Translations under genes and position numbers: made by a program
Notes under the pieces: model-generated
Database searches by the model: none
The model's input: the letters and a program-made list of their open reading frames with translations, nothing else
What the model was told of the DNA's origin: nothing
Assembly: GCA_964612995.1 (NCBI GenBank)
Contig: CAZTGE010000003.1
Coordinates: 2,394 to 66,393, forward strand
Reading direction: 5' to 3'
From: an uncultured candidatus Brocadiaceae bacterium
GTDB taxonomy: Bacteria > Planctomycetota > UBA11346
Length of the DNA stretch: 64,000 bases
Shown: positions 49,737 to 59,353 of the stretch, piece by piece
Numbering within the stretch: position 1 is the first letter of the stretch
Layout of the letters: the number at the start of each line of letters is the position of its first letter

Positions 49737-50303
49737 ATGCGTACCCCCCTGCTCGCCGCGCTGCTGCTCTCGGTCGGCCTCCTCGGTGCCGCGAGCGCCG
49801 AGGAATCCCTGCCACCGCTGGCCGAATGGATCGAGGTCGGCAAACGCAAGGCCAACATCGTCAAGCTCGCGAAACCGATCTTCATCGCCCACGCAGGCAA
49901 GCTCGACGAAGCCCTGCAGACGCTGATCGCGCCATTGGCGAGCAAGCCACGCGAGATCGAGGAACGCGCCGCGTCGCTTCAGGTCGTCAAGGGCCTGATG
50001 GCAGCGACCGCAGGCGAGGAACCGCCGCTGGTCGCCTTCATCGGCTTCAAGCAGCACGCGCCCAACCTGTTCGAGTACTGCTATTCGATCCGTACCCTGA
50101 CCAGGTATGGGATCTATCGCGTCACCTGTTATTCACACAAGAACCGCATCGCCCTGCTCGACGCCAACATCACCACGCGCCTGGTCGACGTCCGACGAGC
50201 CCTGTCGCAGATGCGCGTCTTCGAGCACACGCTCGACATCACCTGGACCGAAGACGAAGACGAGGACGAGGACGAAGACGAAGATGAAACCGAGGTGTTC
50301 TGA
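49737..50303 (+). CDS. secreted hypothetical protein (188 aa) with an acidic (D/E)14 C-terminal tail
   Basis: RBS caggag. Signal peptide MRTPLLAALLLSVGLLGAASA. The tail EDEDEDEDEDEDETEVF is encoded by a (gaagac/gaggac)n repeat. Confidence 0.55.
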   Translation: MRTPLLAALLLSVGLLGAASAEESLPPLAEWIEVGKRKANIVKLAKPIFIAHAGKLDEALQTLIAPLASKPREIEERAASLQVVKGLMAATAGEEPPLVAFIGFKQHAPNLFEYCYSIRTLTRYGIYRVTCYSHKNRIALLDANITTRLVDVRRALSQMRVFEHTLDITWTEDEDEDEDEDEDETEVF

Positions 50304-50331
50304 GACTGCTGCGTGCGCGCGGCGAAAGCGC

Positions 50332-51255
50332 TCACGGAGCCGGCATGTCAACGCCGGGAGCGAGCTCGGCCGCGCAACGCTGGCGGTAGCGCCGCAGCGC
50401 CTCCGGCGCGAGATCGGGGCCGATCACGCCGGGCGCCACCGCCCAGGCCGCGGGCGCTTCGAGGCCCGGCTGCGCGATCACCTCGCAGTCGTAGGTCCGC
50501 CCGACGTCAACGACCTGCTCCTGCAGCGGACCGAGCGCCCCGCTGCCGTCGTCGGGTGCCACCGGTTGGACCAGTACCACGCGCAGGGCCCCGCGCTGCT
50601 TGAGATCGCTGACCAGCCAGGCCAGAGCCTGGCGGTAGGCGCGATGCTTCCAGCTGGCGAACACGTCATCGCCGCCGAGCTGGACCATGATGCTGCGGCC
50701 AACAGTCGGTCGCCGCCGCGCCGCATGGATCTGCGCCAACAACACCGGATGGCCGAACGGGACGGTCGGCGCCGGCAGGATCAGATCGCAGCGCGGGCGC
50801 TCCTTCTCGCTGATGCCGCGCAACAAGGCCCAGCGCCGGTCGGCTTCGGCCTCGCGCCGTTCGAGCAACAGCACCACCGGCAGGTCGGCGAAATGCAACC
50901 GGCCGTGATCGCCCAGTTCCAAGGGCGCTTGCGAACCAGGGCGCACGAAGTGGAGCCCGGCGACCAGCGCATCGCTGGCATCGACCACCCGTACACTGCG
51001 CGCCAGGCGCGGAACGAACGTGATCTGCAGCACGGCATCGCGCTCGCTCCGGCTCAGCTGCATCTCCGCTGGCGGCTCGACCACCCGCCAGCGACTGGTG
51101 GTGCGCCCCGCGCTCGCGCGCAGGGCGACCGTCAATGCCTCGCCGTCGTAGGCCACCGCCGGCAGATGGTCGAAGACCGCGACCGCTTCGTCGCCTGCCG
51201 CCGGGATCGGGAGAAGCTGCGATACGCAGATAAGCAGCAGCCCACGGGCGATCAC
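50332..51255 (-). CDS. secreted hypothetical protein, possibly a degenerate SGNH-hydrolase
   Basis: Signal peptide MIARGLLLICVSQLLPIPAAG. The block SIMVQLGGDDVF resembles SGNH block III. 4-nt overlap with the upstream gene. Confidence 0.5.
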   Translation of the reverse strand: MIARGLLLICVSQLLPIPAAGDEAVAVFDHLPAVAYDGEALTVALRASAGRTTSRWRVVEPPAEMQLSRSERDAVLQITFVPRLARSVRVVDASDALVAGLHFVRPGSQAPLELGDHGRLHFADLPVVLLLERREAEADRRWALLRGISEKERPRCDLILPAPTVPFGHPVLLAQIHAARRRPTVGRSIMVQLGGDDVFASWKHRAYRQALAWLVSDLKQRGALRVVLVQPVAPDDGSGALGPLQEQVVDVGRTYDCEVIAQPGLEAPAAWAVAPGVIGPDLAPEALRRYRQRCAAELAPGVDMPAP

Positions 51256-53456
51256 CGACGCCGCTCCCGCCGGCGTTCCGGCCGCGCCGGTTCATCACCA
51301 CGCAATTGCACCAACAAGCGTTGGATGCTCAGTTCCCACTCCTCACCCGGTTCGGCATAGCCGAAGAAGCCGACCACCGCCTCGCTGGTGCCCAGATCCA
51401 CATCGGCCTGCAGCCGCACCCGCTCGCCATCGATCAGGGCCACGATCCGGTCCCTGCGTCGGTGGTCGAACTCGAGCCGCAAGTGGGTTTGCAGTCCGGA
51501 TACCGAACGTCCCAGGCGGACCCACTGCCCCCACTCCTCGTCGAGGACGCGATAGGCGAGTACGCCGTCGCCCTGGACACCATAGCCGATGCCCGAGCGC
51601 CGCCGTTCGTCGGTGACTTCGATCCCCACGATCGCCGTGCCCACGCGGCCGAGGTCGAGGCTGCAGCTCACGCGACGCAGACTCTCGGCATCAGCGGTGG
51701 TCCAGACCCGGCAGACCGGGTCACTGGTCGCCAACTGCTTGCCGCGCATCATCAGCGCGCCGTGCTCGATCAGGGTCAGGATGCCCGTGCCCTCGCTGCT
51801 GGCGCTCCATCCGTCGCGCAACGCGTAACCCGTCGGCCATTCCGAGAAGTCGTAGACCCGGACCACGTCCTGTTCCTCGGCATACTGCTCGCCGATGCGT
51901 TCGAGATAACCGCGGGGCGGATCATCGCTGCGCAAAGCCTGGCGATAGAACTCGCGCGCCTCGTCCTCCTTCTTGGCCACCGCTGCGAGGTAGACCCGGG
52001 TGACCGCGGCGTAGCCGTCGTTCTCTGGCATCTGCTCGATCAGCTCATGTGCCCGATCGAAGCGCCCGGCGCGGATGTGACCATACAGTTGCCACCGCTG
52101 GCTCTCCCGGGTGTCAGCATAGCCGAGGCGATCGACGGCAGCCAGGCTGCCATTCTCGTCGAGCAGGTCGGCGATACTGCTCAGGAAGGTGACCCTGATC
52201 CCGTCGTGGTCGGCGAGGAAGCGGCGCGCGCCCTGGGCATTGCCGCGCTCGAGCAGAAGACAGGCGTTGAGCTCACGCGCGACCGGTCGCAGGCCTTCCG
52301 GCAGCGCGTCGACATCCTCGATCGGGCGGCGATCGCACTGCGCGACGCCCAGTCTGGCGGCGGGATGGTCGAGCCGCGCCCAGATCCGCCGGGCGGCGGT
52401 ACGATCGCCGAGGCGGTAGTGGGTCAGGCCGAAGTTGTAGTGGGCGGTGACGCGCAGCCCCGCCGATACACCGGCCTCGGTCGCGGAGCGCAAGAACTCA
52501 TGCGCCTTGGGCAGCCGCTCCGCACCACCCGACTTGAGCAACGCGGTCCCGGTGATGGCGAGGCAGTCCGGGGCGCGATGACCCGCGTCCAACAGCTCCT
52601 GGGCGACCTCGGCTGCGCGGGGCAGATTGCCCAGACGGAAATGGCAGCGCGCAAGGGCGACGCCGGCCTGCGCGTTGTCGTCGACGCGCAGGTTGTAGAG
52701 TCGGCTGTAGGCGTCGCGCGCCTGCTCCCAGTCGCCGCGCGCTTCGGCCAGGCGTGCCAGCAGACGGTTGCCGGGCATGCTCGAACGCGAATCGTCGACC
52801 CATTCCTGGGCCAGTTCGTACAACTGGTCGGTGCGGTTCTGGACGCGATAGATCTCTTCGAGCGCCGCGTACCCGCTCTCGAATCCGGCGACCCGCTCGT
52901 TGGCGAACACCGCCCGGATGATCTCTTCGAGCGCGCGATGGTAGCCGGGAACCGGCAGCAACAACTCGATCGCCTCCAGGGCCAGGCGTTCGTTGCCGGC
53001 ATACTTCTGCGCCGCATCGCGGGCCAGGTCGCGCGTCAGCTGCAGGATCCTGTCAGCGCGTGCGCGGTCCTCCACCGCGTACTTCTGCGCCCATTCACGG
53101 CCGTGCTCGAGCGTACGCATGATCTCCGACTCGTATTCGCGCGGGGCCTTGAGCAGGATCCGGCTCCGCTTGCGAATGATGTCGGTCGGCATGCTCTTGC
53201 GTACGATCCGGGTGTACTGCGCCGGAAGGAAGGTGATCGGATCCTTGGCGTCAGGCGGGAGGAACAGCACCGTTCCGGTCTCCGGATCGATCTCTTCAAT
53301 GTGTCCGTGGACCGGTCCATCGAGCAGGTAGACCTTGTCATAGGGCTCGATCCGGAAGCCGGGCAGTTCGAGATCGTCCGCGCCGCAGGCTACCGCAACG
53401 ATGGCGAGCAGTGCCAACAGGCGCAATGACGACGGCCGGTTGCAGACAGGGCTCAT
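51252..53456 (-). CDS. TPR-repeat lipoprotein (734 aa)
   Basis: Lipobox LLAIVAVACG. Multiple 34-aa TPR-like helical repeats (…AQAGVALARCHFRLGNLPRAAEVAQELLD…). Confidence 0.7.
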   Translation of the reverse strand: MSPVCNRPSSLRLLALLAIVAVACGADDLELPGFRIEPYDKVYLLDGPVHGHIEEIDPETGTVLFLPPDAKDPITFLPAQYTRIVRKSMPTDIIRKRSRILLKAPREYESEIMRTLEHGREWAQKYAVEDRARADRILQLTRDLARDAAQKYAGNERLALEAIELLLPVPGYHRALEEIIRAVFANERVAGFESGYAALEEIYRVQNRTDQLYELAQEWVDDSRSSMPGNRLLARLAEARGDWEQARDAYSRLYNLRVDDNAQAGVALARCHFRLGNLPRAAEVAQELLDAGHRAPDCLAITGTALLKSGGAERLPKAHEFLRSATEAGVSAGLRVTAHYNFGLTHYRLGDRTAARRIWARLDHPAARLGVAQCDRRPIEDVDALPEGLRPVARELNACLLLERGNAQGARRFLADHDGIRVTFLSSIADLLDENGSLAAVDRLGYADTRESQRWQLYGHIRAGRFDRAHELIEQMPENDGYAAVTRVYLAAVAKKEDEAREFYRQALRSDDPPRGYLERIGEQYAEEQDVVRVYDFSEWPTGYALRDGWSASSEGTGILTLIEHGALMMRGKQLATSDPVCRVWTTADAESLRRVSCSLDLGRVGTAIVGIEVTDERRRSGIGYGVQGDGVLAYRVLDEEWGQWVRLGRSVSGLQTHLRLEFDHRRRDRIVALIDGERVRLQADVDLGTSEAVVGFFGYAEPGEEWELSIQRLLVQLRGDEPARPERRRERRR

Positions 53457-53791
53457 GGCGCCACCTGCTTGCCCAGTGGCAACACCGGCAGGTCCGGCAG
53501 CACAAGATCGGGCGGTGGCGGCTCACCGATCTTGACCCGTATCGTGGTCGTATCGGCACGCAGCGTGAATGGATTGATGGTCCGCGGCCGGCGGGCGCTG
53601 GCGACCACCGGCCCGAGGGCCTCCGCCGCGCCGATCACCGCTTCGGGCGCCGGTAACGGCAGATGCAGCACCCGCTGTTCGATCGGTCGGTCTTCCGGAA
53701 GGCTGACCATGTGGCCGCCAAGCAGGATCACGGCCAACAACAGCAGGCCGGCGACGGTCCACTGTTGCGGTGTCGGGCGGAAGCTCGTCAT
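53453..53791 (-). CDS. small membrane-anchored protein (112 aa)
   Basis: RBS ggaggag. MTSFRPTPQQWTVAGLLLLAVILLGG TM anchor, then a Pro-rich periplasmic tail. ATGA overlaps on both sides. Confidence 0.5.
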   Translation of the reverse strand: MTSFRPTPQQWTVAGLLLLAVILLGGHMVSLPEDRPIEQRVLHLPLPAPEAVIGAAEALGPVVASARRPRTINPFTLRADTTTIRVKIGEPPPPDLVLPDLPVLPLGKQVAP

Positions 53792-54876
53792 CGTGCCCTC
53801 CTCCGGCTCCCGTAGGTGCTCGCCCCCGCGCGTCCTCGCGGCGCCCTGGCGGCGGTGAGTGCCTCGAGCCCCCAGTCCGGGTGGTTGCGCAGCAACAGGC
53901 CGACGGTCATGTCGAGTTCGTATGCCGCCCCCTCGAGCTTGCGCAGCCGCAGATCCCACAGGAACAATCCGCTGCGGGAGCGATCCAAGCGCTGCAGGAT
54001 CTCCTTCGCCGTATCATAGATACAGGTCAGCGTCACGCTGGTCTGGACCATCGCGTAGGCCTCATCCGGGGTGCGATAGCGCCGATTGGGGCCGCCAACG
54101 CTGACTGCGTGCACCTGCTTGTGTTCGTCGCCGAGCTCGAAGACGTCGAGCACCAGATCGCAGGTGGTGGCGAAGCAGCAGACCTCGGCCAGCTGCAGAC
54201 CGCGGATGAGTGCGCTGTCGGAGTCGATGTCGCGTTCGCCGCGATAGGGCAACTCCTCGGTCGCGGGGAAGGGCACCGGCACCCCCGCAGCACGTTGCGA
54301 GGTGGTGGCGCGCACCCCCAGGCGGACATGCACCTCGCGCACGTAGCCACGGGCCTCGTTATAGCTCACCGGCTGGTGGAAGTCGAACAGGGTGCCATCC
54401 TCGGCGACGAACTCCTCGGCGATGGTCCGGGCGCGATCCTCGCGCAACCGGTCGATGAGCAACAGGGCCTGCTGTCGTGGCGACGCGACCGCGATCTCCT
54501 GCGTACCGGCCAGATCGCGCTCGTACAATGGGGCATAGGCGGCGATGAGCTCCTCGGCCAGATCGGGCGTCAGCGCCGCTGCGGACAGCTCGGTGCCGTA
54601 GCACCAGCCGAACTCCATTGCCGTGAGCGCCGCGCCCTGGGCATCACGCACCACGCGCAAGGCGTCGATCGCCTCCTCGGCCTCGGCCCGGGGCCCGCCG
54701 CCGTCATCGAGGTAGAATTGCCGGTATTGCTGATAGTCGGACGCGACGATGGCCTCCTTGTCATCCACCTTCTCGACCATCGGTGCGATCACCAGCAGAT
54801 AGCCGAGCACGAGGCCACCGAAGGTGGCCCCGCCCCAGATCAACAACTCCTTCTGGGCTTCAGGCTTCACCGTCAC
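53788..54876 (-). CDS. membrane-anchored hypothetical protein (362 aa)
   Basis: N-terminal TM LLIWGGATFGGLVLGYLLVIAP followed by a soluble domain. No family recognised. Confidence 0.55.
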   Translation of the reverse strand: MTVKPEAQKELLIWGGATFGGLVLGYLLVIAPMVEKVDDKEAIVASDYQQYRQFYLDDGGGPRAEAEEAIDALRVVRDAQGAALTAMEFGWCYGTELSAAALTPDLAEELIAAYAPLYERDLAGTQEIAVASPRQQALLLIDRLREDRARTIAEEFVAEDGTLFDFHQPVSYNEARGYVREVHVRLGVRATTSQRAAGVPVPFPATEELPYRGERDIDSDSALIRGLQLAEVCCFATTCDLVLDVFELGDEHKQVHAVSVGGPNRRYRTPDEAYAMVQTSVTLTCIYDTAKEILQRLDRSRSGLFLWDLRLRKLEGAAYELDMTVGLLLRNHPDWGLEALTAARAPRGRAGASTYGSRRRAR

Positions 54877-55360
54877 CTCCGCCGGCCGTCGCCCCGGCCG
54901 GCCGCAGGCGGCTCACCGGCCACCAGGCCAGGATCCACACGCCGGCCACCACCAGCAGCGGCGCTACCGGCTGGACCGCGACCGCCCCGTCGACGCTCTC
55001 ACGATAGAGCAGGTCCGGCCACATCAGCGCGCCGCCGAGCGCGAACACCAGACCCAGCTTGAGCGGAAAGCCTGGCCGCGCGATGCGACGCTGATCGCGC
55101 ACCTGCAGCGGGACGCCGATCAACAACAGAGGCAGGCCGATGAAGTAGAGCCGGCTCGACCAGGCCGGCCCCAGCCACAGCCACAGGAACACGGCAGCGA
55201 GAATCAGCAACGCACCGACTCGGATCTCGCTACGGCAGCCGTCATCGGTGAAGGTGAACGGGCTGCGCTTGCGCTTGTCCTCGGCCTGGTCCGCGGACCG
55301 TTCGCCGGTCGTACCCGCTTCCTCTGCGCTCGCAGGCTGCGTGTCATCGGTCTCAGCCAT
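54860..55360 (-). CDS. integral membrane protein (166 aa, ~3 TM) with an acidic N-terminus
   Basis: Start MAETDDTQPASAEE... TM helices ALLILAAVFLWLWLG and LYFIGLPLLLIGV. The long ORF 5' extension was discarded. Confidence 0.45.
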   Translation of the reverse strand: MAETDDTQPASAEEAGTTGERSADQAEDKRKRSPFTFTDDGCRSEIRVGALLILAAVFLWLWLGPAWSSRLYFIGLPLLLIGVPLQVRDQRRIARPGFPLKLGLVFALGGALMWPDLLYRESVDGAVAVQPVAPLLVVAGVWILAWWPVSRLRPAGATAGGGDGEA

Positions 55361-56042
55361 ATCGCTCCCATTCCGCGGCCCAGACGGCCGCCGCGGCGAC
55401 CGCCGCGGTCTCGATCCGCAGGACCGGCTGCGCCAGACGCACACATCGCGCGCCGGCCACGCGCAGATATTCACATTCCTCGGCAGTCAGGCCACCCTCG
55501 GGACCGATCACCATCGTGGTATCCTGTGGCGCACCCGGCTGCGGAGCAAGTCCCTCACGATCGAGGACGATACACGCCGTTCCGGCCTGCGCGACTGTCT
55601 CGATATCCAACACCGGGCCGATGCCGGGCAGGTCGGCCCGACCGCACTGCTTGAGCGCCTCGCGGGCGATCCGCCGACCACGCGCGAGGTCCGGAACACG
55701 CTGCGCCCGCTCACAACGCAGCGGGGCGATGCAGCCCACGCCGAGCTCGGTCAGCGCCCGCACCGTATCGTCGAACCGTGCGCCCTTGGGCGCGGCCACC
55801 GCCACCCGCAGCCGGCTGGCTTGCGGAGCCGGTACCGCCACGGGTGCTCGGGCCTCGCAGACCACCCGGTGCCGCTCCACGGCCACCACCGCCGCCTCGG
55901 CCGCCGACCCCCGCCCGTCGACCAGGCGCACGCTCTGACCCGCGCGCAGCCGCAGGACATTACGCGCGTGGTGGGCCTCATCGTCTGCGATGGTCAGCCT
56001 GCCCGCCGCCAGGTCGGGGTGGAACAGCGTACGGGTGCGCAT
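55353..56042 (-). CDS. rsmE: 16S rRNA (uracil1498-N3)-methyltransferase
   Basis: The PUA-like N-terminus and the VIGPEGGLTAEE motif match RsmE. First gene of a 6-gene overlapping operon. Confidence 0.9.
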   Translation of the reverse strand: MRTRTLFHPDLAAGRLTIADDEAHHARNVLRLRAGQSVRLVDGRGSAAEAAVVAVERHRVVCEARAPVAVPAPQASRLRVAVAAPKGARFDDTVRALTELGVGCIAPLRCERAQRVPDLARGRRIAREALKQCGRADLPGIGPVLDIETVAQAGTACIVLDREGLAPQPGAPQDTTMVIGPEGGLTAEECEYLRVAGARCVRLAQPVLRIETAAVAAAAVWAAEWERYG

Positions 56043-56303
56043 CCGCGCAGACTACAGTTCAGCCCCAGGCGGTCCACGCCGTGGGCCAGGGCGACTCAAA
56101 GCACGCCCCGGGAGCGCCGATCACCAGGTCGGCATGCCTTGCGTCGCCTCCACCTGCGTCCAACCGCCCGGCTCTCCTTGGTGCTTGGGCCATTTTGACG
56201 CAGCTGGAGGCGAGGCATGGCCCTCATTTGCGAGCTTTGAGTCGCCCTGCGCCGTGGGCCGCCCGGGGCTGGCGGACGTCGCCCCGGGGCGTAGACCTAG
56301 CGC
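56043..56303. promoter_or_regulatory. divergent intergenic region between rsmE (-) and murA (+). Presumably carries both promoters
   Basis: 261-bp non-coding gap between divergent starts. Confidence 0.3.
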
Positions 56304-57581
56304 ATGGACGCCTTCCGCATCATCGGCGGGGCACGGTTGAGCGGTTCGATCGCCGTCAACGGGGCCAAGAACGCCGCCCTGCCGGTGCTGACCTCGGCCC
56401 TGCTGACCGATCAGCCCTGCCGCTACCGCAACATCCCTCTACTGCGCGACGTGCAGACCCAGGTCAAGATCCTCAACACCCTGGGCATCGAGACACGCTG
56501 GCGGGGTCGTACCATCGAGACCCGCGCGGTCGACGCCTACAACAGCACCGCCCCCTACGAGCTGCTCAAAACGATGCGCGCCGGCGTGTGCGTCCTCGGT
56601 CCATTGCTGGCCAAGCGCGGCCACGCCAGGGTCAGCCTGCCCGGCGGTTGCATCATCGGCGAACGGCCGATCGACCTCCATCTACGCGGGCTCGAGGCCC
56701 TGGGTGCGGAGATCGACATCGACCACGGCTACGTCGAGGCACGCTCGCCGAAGGGCGGCCTGCGCGGGGCCGAGATCTACCTCGGCGGCAAGTGGGGCAG
56801 CTCGGTCACCGCGACCCACAACGTGATGAGCGCGGCGGCCCTGGCGCGTGGCCGCACGGTGATCGAGTGCGCCGCCTGTGAGCCCGAGGTCGTCGACCTC
56901 GCTGAATGCCTCAACGCGATGGGCGCCCGGATCCAGAACGCCGGCAGCCCGCGCCTGATCATCGACGGCGTTCGCCGGCTGCACGCAGCGGATTGGCGCG
57001 TGATTCCGGACCGCATCGAGGCTGCGACCTTCCTCGCGCTGGGGGCGATCACCCGTTCACCGATCGAGATCACCCGCTGCCGCCCCGACCACCTGATGTC
57101 GGTGATCCACGTCATGCGCGAGATGGGCGTGGGCGTGGCGGTGCGGGGGCGCAGCCTGCGGGTCGAACCGCCGCGGCGCTTCAAGCCGAAGGACGTGGTC
57201 ACCCTGCCCTACCCCGCCTTCCCCACCGACTGTCAGGCCCAGACCATGGTCCTGGCTGCGCTCGCTGACGGCGCCTCGGTGATCACCGAACGCGTCTACC
57301 CCGAGCGCTTCATGCACGCGGCCGAACTCAAACGCATGGGGGCGGATATCCGCGTCGCCAACGGCCAGGCCGTGGTCCACGGCGTGCGCCAGTTGCAGGG
57401 CGCCGAGATCATGGCCAGCGACCTGCGTGCCAGCGCCGCGCTGGTGCTCGCCGGGCTGGCTGCCAAAGGCGAGACGCTGCTGCATCGCATCTATCACATC
57501 GACCGCGGCTACGAGGCCATCGCACGTCGACTCGGACGTCTCGGCGCCCGGATCGAGCGGGTTGGAGAAGCGAAGCCATGA
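56304..57581 (+). CDS. murA: UDP-N-acetylglucosamine 1-carboxyvinyltransferase
   Basis: MDAFRIIGGARLSGSIAVNGAKNAALP and the active-site region around LPGGCIIGERPIDLH. Confidence 0.95.
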   Translation: MDAFRIIGGARLSGSIAVNGAKNAALPVLTSALLTDQPCRYRNIPLLRDVQTQVKILNTLGIETRWRGRTIETRAVDAYNSTAPYELLKTMRAGVCVLGPLLAKRGHARVSLPGGCIIGERPIDLHLRGLEALGAEIDIDHGYVEARSPKGGLRGAEIYLGGKWGSSVTATHNVMSAAALARGRTVIECAACEPEVVDLAECLNAMGARIQNAGSPRLIIDGVRRLHAADWRVIPDRIEAATFLALGAITRSPIEITRCRPDHLMSVIHVMREMGVGVAVRGRSLRVEPPRRFKPKDVVTLPYPAFPTDCQAQTMVLAALADGASVITERVYPERFMHAAELKRMGADIRVANGQAVVHGVRQLQGAEIMASDLRASAALVLAGLAAKGETLLHRIYHIDRGYEAIARRLGRLGARIERVGEAKP

Positions 57582-58147
57582 CCACCGCCCAGGCCACCTT
57601 CGACGCATTCTGCCTCGACCTCGGCCGCCGCCAGCCCACCCCCGGCGGTGGAGCGGCCGCCGCTGCGGCCGCGGCCATCGGCAGCGCGCTCGGCGCGATG
57701 GCCGCGGCCTACACCACCGGGCCCAAGTGGGCCGAACGCGAGGCCGAAGCCACTGCGTTGGCCGCCGACCTGCGGCAGGCCGCGGCGACGATGCTCGTCC
57801 GCGCCGATGCCGACACCCGCGCCTATGCCGCGCTCGCCCGCAGCTGGCGAGACGACTCGCTGCCGCAGGAGGAGCGCATGGCGATCGCCGATACGGCGCG
57901 CGCGGTGCCGGCCGACCTGCTCGCCGACTGTGCCAGACACGCCGCGACACTGCAGGACTTCCTGCCGCGCTGCAATCCCCGCATCGTCTCCGATGCCCGC
58001 GCCGCGATCCACCTGCTCGCCGGGGCCGGCCGCGCTGCATTCCAGACGCTGCTGGTCAACGATCCACCTGCCCCGATGCACGATCAGGCCCAGCAGGATC
58101 TCGCCAGGCTCAGCGCCGCCGAAGCCGACTGCGCCATCAGCGGCTGA
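57578..58147 (+). CDS. cyclodeaminase/cyclohydrolase family protein (formiminotransferase-cyclodeaminase C-terminal-domain-like)
   Basis: The PTPGGGAAAAAAAAIGSALGAMAAAYT motif is typical of the FTCD_C family. ATGA overlap with murA. Confidence 0.7.
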   Translation: MTTAQATFDAFCLDLGRRQPTPGGGAAAAAAAAIGSALGAMAAAYTTGPKWAEREAEATALAADLRQAAATMLVRADADTRAYAALARSWRDDSLPQEERMAIADTARAVPADLLADCARHAATLQDFLPRCNPRIVSDARAAIHLLAGAGRAAFQTLLVNDPPAPMHDQAQQDLARLSAAEADCAISG

Positions 58148-58165
58148 GGCCGCGGGCGCGCAGGC

Positions 58166-59353
58166 TCAGCCGCCGGGTGCGTGTGGAATGGCAGCGAACA
58201 GCGCCTGCCAGGCGCGTGGCTGCTCCCGCTCGCTGGAGGCGATGCACACCAGCTCGACCGAGGCAGGGCCGCGCGGCTGCCAGGCGACCGGGAATTCCGG
58301 CTGCGCATAGCCGGTGAACGCGACCACCACCGGTACCCCCAGCGCTGCGGCGAGGTGATGGCCCACGCTGTCGTAGGCCAGCGCGAGCCGGCATCCGGCC
58401 ACGGCGGCGGCCCAGAAGCCGATGCTGCCATGCAAGCGTACGACCGGGGCGGTGGCGAGTTCGCCCGGCTCGAGCGCGTTCCATGCCCGACCGCCGGCCT
58501 GCCCGGGATCCTCGACCACGTCGAGCGCGACGAGCCCGGCCGCGGCGAGCAAGGCATCGCTGTTGGCCAGCTCCTCGGCACCGAAACCGCGATCGAGCAC
58601 GATACGCCATCCACGCTTGCGCAGCTCGGCGAGCAAGCGGACCTCCGCTGCCCGCGGCAGGGCCTTGGCCGGGTTGCCGCCGTGATCGAGCTTGACCGCG
58701 ACCAGCGGTGCCGGGCCGAGCGCGGCGCAGAGCGCAGTACGCCAGCGCTCGGTCGTTGCATCCGGCCACAGCCGCGGCAGGCAGCTCGCGCCGGGCGCCG
58801 CGAACCGTCGCTCGCACCATGCGTCACAGGCCGCGGCCAGGCTGATCACCGCAGCACCCGCCTCCAGCCCGTGCTCCCACAGCGCGGTCCGTTCCTCCGC
58901 GATCAACGGTAGCAGGCCGAGTTGATCGAGGCGCGAGTCCGGGTTGACCAGCAGGTCGATGTCCTCGTCGGCGATCGCGTGCTGCAGCGACCGCCAGGCA
59001 TGCAAGCGCTCGCGCAGGTCACCGCGACGTTCGTAGCTGAGTGGATGTACGCGCAAGGCCGGCAGCCCGGCGAACAGGGCCGCGAGTTTCGCTGCGCCGA
59101 AAAGCACGATCTGCGCCTGAGGCCATCGTTGATGCAGCCACTGGATCACCACCGAGGTGAGCAGGATGTCAGCGCCGAGGGTGACCCGGCTGAGCACAGC
59201 GATCCGCTGCGGCTCGATGGTGATCGGCGCATCCGCGCTTCGCAGGCGCGCGTGACGCGCGAGCAGCTGCGCCTCATTGTGCAGATTGTGGGCGGCGAGG
59301 CCGGCAGCCAGATCCGGATCCTGCTCGGCGCAGCGCCAGATCACCCGCGCCAT
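58166..59353 (-). CDS. glycosyltransferase family 9 (ADP-heptose:LPS heptosyltransferase-like). Start uncertain; the ORF continues in frame to 60181 but the upstream part is RG-rich
   Basis: RIAVLSRVTLGADILLTSVVIQWLHQRWPQAQIVLFG and the C-terminal YDSVGHHLAAALGVPVVVAF are GT9 signatures. Confidence 0.7.
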   Translation of the reverse strand: MARVIWRCAEQDPDLAAGLAAHNLHNEAQLLARHARLRSADAPITIEPQRIAVLSRVTLGADILLTSVVIQWLHQRWPQAQIVLFGAAKLAALFAGLPALRVHPLSYERRGDLRERLHAWRSLQHAIADEDIDLLVNPDSRLDQLGLLPLIAEERTALWEHGLEAGAAVISLAAACDAWCERRFAAPGASCLPRLWPDATTERWRTALCAALGPAPLVAVKLDHGGNPAKALPRAAEVRLLAELRKRGWRIVLDRGFGAEELANSDALLAAAGLVALDVVEDPGQAGGRAWNALEPGELATAPVVRLHGSIGFWAAAVAGCRLALAYDSVGHHLAAALGVPVVVAFTGYAQPEFPVAWQPRGPASVELVCIASSEREQPRAWQALFAAIPHAPGG

